From: Candidatus Latescibacterota bacterium
Lineage (GTDB): Bacteria > Latescibacterota > UBA2968 > UBA8231
Assembly: GCA_965248265.1 (NCBI GenBank)
Contig: CBDFJF010000002.1
Location: 1,312,001-1,376,000, forward strand
Direction of reading: 5' to 3'
Length of the DNA stretch: 64,000 nucleotides
Both the position numbers and the translations under genes were made by a program. This document shows, in pieces, positions 39,168 to 46,639 of the stretch; within the stretch, counting starts at the first letter, position 1, and the number at the start of each line of letters is the position of its first letter. The notes under the pieces are model-generated. The model saw only the letters and a list, made by a program, of their open reading frames with translations, made no database searches and was not told where the DNA came from.

Positions 39168-39229
39168 GAGCCGGAGATCCGAGCAAATGGAATACTCGGA
39201 CAGTTTGCTCTTGCGATGAGGACTGAGCC

Positions 39230-40885
39230 ATGAAATGGCCGAATCGGCTGTTGACCTGTATGGTGTTGTCGGCGTTGGGGTTGGCCGACTGTGGCAACGA
39301 AAGCCCCACGCAATCCGGCTCTGACCCCACCGTCCTGGAGGGAGATTTTTCCGTCCGTTCCCAAGAGGACCTGGACCTCCTCGTGGCTCTCGGAAGAGGT
39401 ACGTTCGGGATCTCTGGCGATCTATCGGTAGAGGATTCTCCCTTCATCACCCTGGAGGCCCTCGAGAATCTCACCAGCATCGGCGGGAACCTGTCCATCG
39501 GCAGTCTGGGGGCCGGCAACGCCCGGATGACCAGTCTGGCCGGTCTCGAGAATCTTACCAGCGTCGGCGGATACCTATCCATATTCGGCAATGCAGCTCT
39601 GACCAGCTTGGCAGGGCTTGATGGCGTCACCAGCATCGGCGGGGGTTTGTTCGTCAGGAACACCGTCCTGACCAGCCTGGCAGGGCTGGAGGGTGTCACC
39701 GACGTCGGCGAGTTCATGACCGTCGTCAACAATGATGTACTGACCAGCCTGGCGGGGCTCGACAATCTCACCCGCATCGGCGGGTCCCTGTCCATCGTCA
39801 ACAATGATGTATTGACGAACCTGGCAGGGCTCAACAACCTGACCGGCCTCAGTGGAGAATTGTCCATCCACGACAACCCCTCGCTGACCAGCCTGGCAGG
39901 GCTCGAGAAGATCACGAGCATCGACGAGGTGTTGGACCCAGCATCCGAAAGGGCTCCAGGCGTGTCGATCCTGGGCAATGACGCACTGACCAGTCTCGCG
40001 GGGCTCAACAATCTCGCCCGCATCGGTGGAAACTTGTCCATCGGCACAAATCGTGACGGCAACCCAGTATTGACCAGCCTGGCAGGGCTGGAGAATCTCA
40101 CCGACATCGGCGGGCGTTTGACCATCTCCCGCAACCCCGCGTTGACCAGCCTGGCCGGGCTCGAGAGTCTCACTCGCATCGGTGGATACCTGGGTGTATT
40201 CAACAACGCAGCGCTGACCAGCCTGGCAGGCTTCGAAAGCATCGCCAGCGTCGGTGGAGGCTGGTTTACCGGCAACCCCGCACTGGCGAGCCTGGCAGGG
40301 CTCGAGACGCTCACCAGCGTCGGCGGATTCCTGTCCATCGTCAACAACAACGCACTGGTCAGCGTGGAAGGGCTCGATAATATCACCAGCATCGGCGGGA
40401 GATTGAAGATACAACACAATAGTGCACTGATCAGCCTGGCACCGCTCGGGAATGTCACCCTCGTCGAGGGCGATTTGAATATCAGCGGTAATGAGAAACT
40501 GACCAACCTCGCAGGGTTCGAGAGTGTCACCAGCATCGGCGGAGGTCTGTCCATCTGGTACACCGCCCTGACCAGGCTGACGGGGCTCGAGACGCTCACC
40601 ACCATCGGCGGAGACCTGTCCATCGGCGGCAATGATGAACTGATCAGCCTGGCAGGGCTCGACGATCTCATCAACATCGGCGGGAGTCTATCCATCGGTG
40701 ATCGATTTACCGGCAACACCGTCCTGGCCAGCCTGGCAGGGCTCGAGAGTCTCACCACCATCGGCGGCGACTTGTCCATCCGCGGCAACGGAGCGCTGAC
40801 CGATTCGTCAGCTCAGGTTTTCGCAGATCGATTGGTGGCAAGCGGGTTCACGGGCAGCGTGATCATCAGTGGCAATCAGCAATGA
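39230..40885 (+). CDS. Leucine-rich repeat (receptor L-domain-like) lipoprotein
   Basis: About 18 repeats of LTSLAGLENLTSIGGxLSIxxN; LADC lipobox-like. Confidence 0.85.
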   Translation: MKWPNRLLTCMVLSALGLADCGNESPTQSGSDPTVLEGDFSVRSQEDLDLLVALGRGTFGISGDLSVEDSPFITLEALENLTSIGGNLSIGSLGAGNARMTSLAGLENLTSVGGYLSIFGNAALTSLAGLDGVTSIGGGLFVRNTVLTSLAGLEGVTDVGEFMTVVNNDVLTSLAGLDNLTRIGGSLSIVNNDVLTNLAGLNNLTGLSGELSIHDNPSLTSLAGLEKITSIDEVLDPASERAPGVSILGNDALTSLAGLNNLARIGGNLSIGTNRDGNPVLTSLAGLENLTDIGGRLTISRNPALTSLAGLESLTRIGGYLGVFNNAALTSLAGFESIASVGGGWFTGNPALASLAGLETLTSVGGFLSIVNNNALVSVEGLDNITSIGGRLKIQHNSALISLAPLGNVTLVEGDLNISGNEKLTNLAGFESVTSIGGGLSIWYTALTRLTGLETLTTIGGDLSIGGNDELISLAGLDDLINIGGSLSIGDRFTGNTVLASLAGLESLTTIGGDLSIRGNGALTDSSAQVFADRLVASGFTGSVIISGNQQ

Positions 40886-41151
40886 TTGCTTGCCTCACTG
40901 CATCCGCACCCTGACGATGGATAGTGCAGTTTCGCAGGAGGCGCTTGCCAGGGCCTCGGATAGACGGGTAGAGATCGAACGGCGTCGCTTCCCCAAGGTC
41001 TTGTGTACAAACAATCCCAGGTGTACAGTCTCTCCTCCATAGTCCGCGTGATTGTTCGCACTCTAACCTTCGGCGTGAGGTAGTTATCGCTCTTCTTCAA
41101 CGGCTCCCAAATCTTGCCGGTGCTCCGCTGATTCTCGCCCACGCCACTCTG

Positions 41152-43272
41152 GTGGCGTCCGCCACTCTGGTGGTGTCGTGCGAGAAATCCGGAGTCGCTG
41201 GGCACGAGAAGATGGTGGCGCTCCTGTCCAAGGAGGCCAAGAGGACGTCCCTGTTCGACAATAGGGTTGGACAGTTCCAGGCGCCGGCGTTGCGCCGTCA
41301 GGTCGCTGGCATGGCTGGGGCCGAGCCGCGCCTGCGGTGGCCGGTGCTGCGGGGCCTGGCCAGCGAGGAGTCACGGCTCGGGAATCTCGATGCGGCGATC
41401 AAGCACTATGCCGAGGCTCTCGATTTGATCCGCGCCGAAGGCATCGAGAACACGTCGCTCTATCTGAACATCCTCGAGCTCGCGATTGTCTACATGCGCT
41501 GGGGCGAGACCCAGAACTGCGTGGCCATGCATACGAGTGACAGCTGCATCCTTCCGATCAGTGAGAAGGGTGTTTATGTGAACCAGGAAGGCTCGCGCAA
41601 GGCGATCGAGCTCTTAGAGGAGTATCTCGGGAGGTTCCCGGGGGCGCCCGCAGCGCGCTGGCTGCTTAACATCAACTACATGACCGTCGGGGATTACCCT
41701 GAAGGGGTCCCTGCGCCGTTTCTGATTCCGCCCGACACCTTTGCCTCGGATGAGCCCTTTCCACGCTTCACGGACATCGCGCCCGAGCTCGGGTTGAACG
41801 CATTCAGCCTCGCCGGAGGCAGCATCGTCGACGACTTCAATGGCGACGGCTGGCTCGACATCGTGAGCTCGAACTCTGATCCTTCCGGCCAGATGCGCTA
41901 CTTTGAAGGCAACCCCGACAACACGTTCACCGAGCGCACGCAAGAAGCCGGTCTGGTGGGTTTGTTGGGCGGTCTCAACATGAACAACACCGATTACAAC
42001 AACGACGGATTCCTGGACATCCTGGTCCTGCGCGGAGCCTGGCTGGCCCGGGCGGGCACCACACCCAACTCCCTCTTGAGGAACAACGGCGACGGCACTT
42101 TCATCGATGTGACCTTCGACGCCGGTTTGGCCGAGGCCAGCTATCCAACGCAGACGGCGGGGTGGGCCGACTACGACAACGACGGCGACCTGGATCTGTA
42201 CGTGGGCAATGAAAGCGAGCAGGAGTTCACCGCTCCGTGCCAGCTCTTCCGCAACGAGGGCGATGGAACGTTCGTTGACGTGGCCAGAGAAGCGGGCGTG
42301 CTGAACGGGCGCTACGCCAAGGGTGTCATCTGGGGCGATTACGATGGGGACCGTTTCCCCGATCTTTACGTATCCAACATGTTCGGGGAAAACCGGCTCT
42401 ACCACAACAACGGCGACGGGACCTTTACGGACGTCGCCAAGAAGCTGGGCGTCCTCGCACCCCACACAAGCTTCCCGCCCTGGTTCTGGGACTTCGACAA
42501 TGACGGTGCCTTGGACCTTTGGGTCGCGTCCTACATAGAGTCGTTGGATGTATTCGTGGCCAGCTACCTCGGGTTGGAGCACGAGGGTGAGCTGGCATGC
42601 CTCTACCGCGGAGACGGCAAGGGTGGCTTCCGAAATGTTGCCTCGGAGCAGGGCCTCACGTTGCTGACGCTGACGATGGGCTGCAACTTCGGCGATCTGG
42701 ACAACGACGGCTACCTGGACTTCTACCAGGGCACGGGCTACCCGGGGTACGAGGCCCTGATGCCGAACGTGATGTACCGCAACCGCGGCGGGAAGGGCTT
42801 CGTGGACGTGACGATGGCCGGCGGGTTCGGCCACCTGCAGAAGGGCCATGGGGTGGCCTTCGCAGACCTCGACTACGACGGGGATCAGGACGTCTACATG
42901 CAATTCGGGGGCGCCTGGCCCGGCGACAAATACGGCAACGCGTTGTTCGAGAATCCGGGCTTCGACAACCACTGGATCAGGGTGCGGCTCTCGGGCGTAC
43001 AGTCAAATCGACCAGGGATCGGAGCGCGCATCCGCTGCGAGATCCAGGAGGCCGGGAAGCGTCGCTCGGTGTACAGGCACGTGAACAGCGGCGGGAGCTT
43101 CGGGGGCAACCCGCTCATGCAGATGATCGGGCTCGGAACGGCGACGCAGGTGGACGTGCTGGAGGTGTACTGGCCTACGAGTGATCGGTTGCAGACCTTC
43201 CGCGATGTGGCGGTAGACCAGTCGATCCTCATCACGGAGGGCCAGGATACGTTCGAGCGCCTGCCGCGCTGA
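41152..43272 (+). CDS. CRTAC1-family FG-GAP/ASPIC-UnbV protein (true start probably upstream)
   Basis: Repeated D(Y/F)DNDG.LD, L.RN.GDGTF.DV; C-terminal SNR.GIGARI...GLG...V.WP. Confidence 0.9.
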   Translation: MASATLVVSCEKSGVAGHEKMVALLSKEAKRTSLFDNRVGQFQAPALRRQVAGMAGAEPRLRWPVLRGLASEESRLGNLDAAIKHYAEALDLIRAEGIENTSLYLNILELAIVYMRWGETQNCVAMHTSDSCILPISEKGVYVNQEGSRKAIELLEEYLGRFPGAPAARWLLNINYMTVGDYPEGVPAPFLIPPDTFASDEPFPRFTDIAPELGLNAFSLAGGSIVDDFNGDGWLDIVSSNSDPSGQMRYFEGNPDNTFTERTQEAGLVGLLGGLNMNNTDYNNDGFLDILVLRGAWLARAGTTPNSLLRNNGDGTFIDVTFDAGLAEASYPTQTAGWADYDNDGDLDLYVGNESEQEFTAPCQLFRNEGDGTFVDVAREAGVLNGRYAKGVIWGDYDGDRFPDLYVSNMFGENRLYHNNGDGTFTDVAKKLGVLAPHTSFPPWFWDFDNDGALDLWVASYIESLDVFVASYLGLEHEGELACLYRGDGKGGFRNVASEQGLTLLTLTMGCNFGDLDNDGYLDFYQGTGYPGYEALMPNVMYRNRGGKGFVDVTMAGGFGHLQKGHGVAFADLDYDGDQDVYMQFGGAWPGDKYGNALFENPGFDNHWIRVRLSGVQSNRPGIGARIRCEIQEAGKRRSVYRHVNSGGSFGGNPLMQMIGLGTATQVDVLEVYWPTSDRLQTFRDVAVDQSILITEGQDTFERLPR

Positions 43273-43309
43273 GAAGCTGGTTCGATGGCGCACCAGCCGA
43301 CTGCTTCCC

Positions 43310-44743
43310 TTGCTTGCGTTGGAAGTCTTCGGTTTCGAATATATCGTGATGATGGTATTCTCATCTCCGGTGGTACTGCGTTGGGGAGGACTCTGCTGGC
43401 TCCTGGCGTACTATGGTTGCGGACCTCAGCCAACACTTCCGGAGCTCACGATTCCTGAGAGTCTCGATGCTGAGATCCGTTCCCTGGTAGATGATCGTCT
43501 CGAAAGGGTACGCGAAGACCCATCGAATGCGGAGCGGTTGGGGCAGCTCGGCCTGGTTTTCGAGGCAAACGTGCTCTGGCAACAGGCCCGCCAGTGTTTC
43601 GAGGCGGCGGTGTTACTGGCCCCGCGGGAACCCGTCTGGGCTTACCATGCCGCCCGCGCCACGCAGCATCTGGGCGATTTCGACGGCGCCGTAGCGGCCA
43701 TGCATGCGGTGGTGAAGAGCTTTCCAATCTTTGCTCCCGCCCAGCACCATCTCGGGGACCTGCTGCTCGAGTTTGGCGACGTCGAGGGGGCGGACGCAGC
43801 GTTCCGGCGTGCCGTAAAATTGCACGGGAAGTCCCCAGAAGGGCACGTCGGTATCGGCCGTGTCGCTCTCGAGCGTCGTGATTATCCTGGTGCCGTCACC
43901 GCTCTAGAGCGGGCTCTCTCGCTCCAACCGGGCCACAAAATGGCGGCATTTCTCGTGGGGCGCGCCTACCGGCGCCTCGGTCGCACCGAGGATGCGGATC
44001 GCGCCCAGGCTCAAGGTGAGGATGCCGAGAAGTCCTACATACTCGACCGCACGAGCAGGGACCTGGCGCGCTACTCCCGCGGCTACAGCACGCGGCTCGA
44101 TCACGCGGTGGGATTCATCCGCGCCGGCAAACCCGCAGACGCCATCGTCGTCCTGGAGAGGATGTATCAGGAGCGGCCGCGGGACTTGATGGTCATGAAC
44201 AACCTCGCGGTGGCGTATCGCCGGGTGAACCGCGCTCGAGAGGCCCTCGCCATCCTCGATGCGAGCATTGAGGTTCACCCTGACGCGTTCGGGACATACA
44301 TCAACAAGGCGGATTGCCTCGCCTCGCTCAAGCTGTATCCGCAGGCACTCGCGGCCGCGAACGCCGCCATCGAAAGGGGTCCACAGATCGCGCAAGCTCA
44401 CTTCGAGCGCGGCAAGGCGCTTCTATTCATGGGAGAGTTCGCCCCGGCGCGTGTGTCTCTGGAGACCGCCATCGGTCTCGACAACCGGCGGCCTGCTTTC
44501 CATCAGGCTCTTGCGCAGGTGTGCCTCCACCTCGAGGACCGCACCGGGGCGCGAGCGGTGCTGGAAGAGCTTCTCCGGCTCACTCCACAAAGCATCAGCC
44601 ACCTCGTCAACCTCGGCGTCGTCTGCGTGGATCTCGAGGACTGGCCCGCCGCGATGCGAGCCCTCGAGGCCGCTCGCAAACTCAACCCGAACCACCCAGC
44701 CGTGAAGCAATTCGAGCAATACTACGAGCAGCGCAAACCGTGA
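43310..44743 (+). CDS. Tetratricopeptide repeat (lipo)protein
   Basis: Multiple TPR units; hydrophobic N-terminus with YYGC. Confidence 0.85.
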   Translation: MLALEVFGFEYIVMMVFSSPVVLRWGGLCWLLAYYGCGPQPTLPELTIPESLDAEIRSLVDDRLERVREDPSNAERLGQLGLVFEANVLWQQARQCFEAAVLLAPREPVWAYHAARATQHLGDFDGAVAAMHAVVKSFPIFAPAQHHLGDLLLEFGDVEGADAAFRRAVKLHGKSPEGHVGIGRVALERRDYPGAVTALERALSLQPGHKMAAFLVGRAYRRLGRTEDADRAQAQGEDAEKSYILDRTSRDLARYSRGYSTRLDHAVGFIRAGKPADAIVVLERMYQERPRDLMVMNNLAVAYRRVNRAREALAILDASIEVHPDAFGTYINKADCLASLKLYPQALAAANAAIERGPQIAQAHFERGKALLFMGEFAPARVSLETAIGLDNRRPAFHQALAQVCLHLEDRTGARAVLEELLRLTPQSISHLVNLGVVCVDLEDWPAAMRALEAARKLNPNHPAVKQFEQYYEQRKP

Positions 44744-46416
44744 TGCGCGCGCGGAGATCGTCCGTCGCGGCAGCGCTGTTGGTCGTGAGTCTCGGCTGCG
44801 AGCGAACGCCGACCACCACGAACAGGAACGCGACTGCCGAGTCCGGCGGATCCCCGTGGTTCGAGGACCGAACCGCGGGCTCGGGCATCGACTTCCTGCA
44901 CACGTCAGGCAAGCAGAAGCGATTCTGGTATCCGGAGATCGTCGCCAGCGGCGTTCTCCTCCTCGACTACGACGGAGACAGGCTCCTCGACGTCTATCTG
45001 GTTCAGGGTGGTGAGATCGCCGCCGGAGGAGATTCACCGGGGAATCGTCTGTACCGGAACCTCGGGGATTTTCGCTTCCAGGATGCGACGGAGAGCGCCG
45101 GCGTCGGCGACAGGGGCTATGGCATAGGCGGCACCGTTGCGGACTACGACGGCGATGGAGACACCGACTTCTACGTCACGAATCTGGGGGCGAACGTCCT
45201 CTACCGCAACGAAGGCAACGGCCAGTTCACGGACGTCACCACCGACGCCGGAGTCGGCGATGCGGACTGGAGCGCGAGCAGCGTCTTCTTCGACGCCGAC
45301 CGTGACGGAGATCTGGATCTCTATGTAGTAGACTATCTGCGCTGGTCGATCGCTGCCGACGTCGAGTGTTTCTCCGCATCCGGGCGGCGCGTCTACTGCA
45401 ATCCGAACAACTTCCAAGCGCCGCTGCCGGATGTACTCTACCGCAACGACGGCGACGGGCGCTTCACCGACATCAGCGCCGAGGCTGGCATCCACCAGGC
45501 GCGGGGTAACGGACTCGGAGTCGTGGCCGGGGATTTTGGTGGCGACGATCGCATCGATCTCTACGTCGCCAACGACGGCATGGCCAACCAGCTGTGGATC
45601 AACCAGGGCGGTTTGAAGTTCGTCGACGAGGGACTCTCCTCGGGGACGGCTTTCAACGCCGTCGGCGAGGCGGAGGCCGGTATGGGTGTCGCCGCCACGG
45701 ATGTCGACCACGATGGGGATCTCGACCTGTTCGTCTCGCACCTGAGGGAAGAAACGAACACGTTTTATGTCCGTGAGCAAGGCGGTTTCTTCGAGGATAT
45801 CACGAATCGCACCGGGCTCGGCTCAACGAGCTATGAGTTCACCGGTTTCGGGCTCGGCATCATCGACTTCGACCACGATGGCCTCCTCGACATCTACCTG
45901 GCGAACGGCCGCGTCGGCTACTGGGAACCGATCAACGACCCGGAGGACATCTACGCGGAGTCGAATCAGCTCTTCCGCGGCGTCGATGTGCTGAGATTCG
46001 AGGAAGTCGCGCCTCGGGGAGGTACCGCGAGGCCGATCGTCGAGACGAGCCGTGCCGCCGCCTTCGGAGACCTCGACAACGACGGCGCCGTCGACGTCGT
46101 CGTCAACAACCTCGATGCGAAGGTCACGGTTTTACGCAACACGGTCGGTTCACGGGGACATTGGGTGCAGTTCGCCGTCCGCGGCCGTGATGGGCGATAT
46201 GACCTGCACGCCCGGGTGCGTATCGACGCCGGGGGGGTGTCGCGCTGGCGGCGGGTGGAGCGGGCTTACAGCTACTGTGGAAGCAACGACCCTCGCGTCC
46301 ACTGCGGGTTGGGAGCCGCGGCGGTCGTGGACATGGTCACCGTGTACTGGACGGACGGCGCGACGAGTGAATTCGGACCCTTCGAAGTCGATCAAACTCA
46401 TGTCCTCCAACGCTAG
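44743..46416 (+). CDS. CRTAC1-family FG-GAP/ASPIC-UnbV lipoprotein
   Basis: ATG overlaps the upstream TGA; VSLGC lipobox; DYDGD repeats, AGMG, SRAAAFGDLDNDG, SYCGSND.RVH.GLG. Confidence 0.9.
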   Translation: MRARRSSVAAALLVVSLGCERTPTTTNRNATAESGGSPWFEDRTAGSGIDFLHTSGKQKRFWYPEIVASGVLLLDYDGDRLLDVYLVQGGEIAAGGDSPGNRLYRNLGDFRFQDATESAGVGDRGYGIGGTVADYDGDGDTDFYVTNLGANVLYRNEGNGQFTDVTTDAGVGDADWSASSVFFDADRDGDLDLYVVDYLRWSIAADVECFSASGRRVYCNPNNFQAPLPDVLYRNDGDGRFTDISAEAGIHQARGNGLGVVAGDFGGDDRIDLYVANDGMANQLWINQGGLKFVDEGLSSGTAFNAVGEAEAGMGVAATDVDHDGDLDLFVSHLREETNTFYVREQGGFFEDITNRTGLGSTSYEFTGFGLGIIDFDHDGLLDIYLANGRVGYWEPINDPEDIYAESNQLFRGVDVLRFEEVAPRGGTARPIVETSRAAAFGDLDNDGAVDVVVNNLDAKVTVLRNTVGSRGHWVQFAVRGRDGRYDLHARVRIDAGGVSRWRRVERAYSYCGSNDPRVHCGLGAAAVVDMVTVYWTDGATSEFGPFEVDQTHVLQR

Positions 46417-46580
46417 GAGCCCGTTGATAAACCCCATTTGGCCTGAGGCCGGCCCTTTCGTCCGATCTCTGCGTTGTGCTCACTCGCCGCATCCCACTGA
46501 TGCGACTCGATCGCACGCCTTGATATCGGCCAAAATTGCTCGGCCTCAGCTCCAAAGCGGGTTTATCAACGGGCTCCTGG
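46413..46580. mobile_element. MITE-like element C
   Basis: Perfect 20-bp TIR AGGAGCCCGTTGATAAACCC (46415-46434 and 46559-46578), CTAG/CTGG flanks; shares the CTCGCCG..hairpin..CGACTCG...GCCTTG core. Confidence 0.7.
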
Positions 46581-46639
46581 TATCCTGTCCGGCGGTGGTA
46601 GACCATCATGGTGACCGTCAGTCAATGAAGGGCTGATTT

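Noticed and set aside
39145-40788. 547-aa repetitive minus-strand ORF
   Set aside because: Mirror of the LRR gene repeats; the + strand has the SD, lipobox and a recognised repeat consensus.
39440-40790. Regularly spaced DNA repeats resembling a CRISPR array
   Set aside because: They are coding LRR units with synonymous variation and no unique spacers; no cas genes are present.
44314-44742. 5' extension of the second CRTAC1 ORF
   Set aside because: Overlaps the TPR gene; the coupled ATG at 44743 gives a proper lipoprotein signal.
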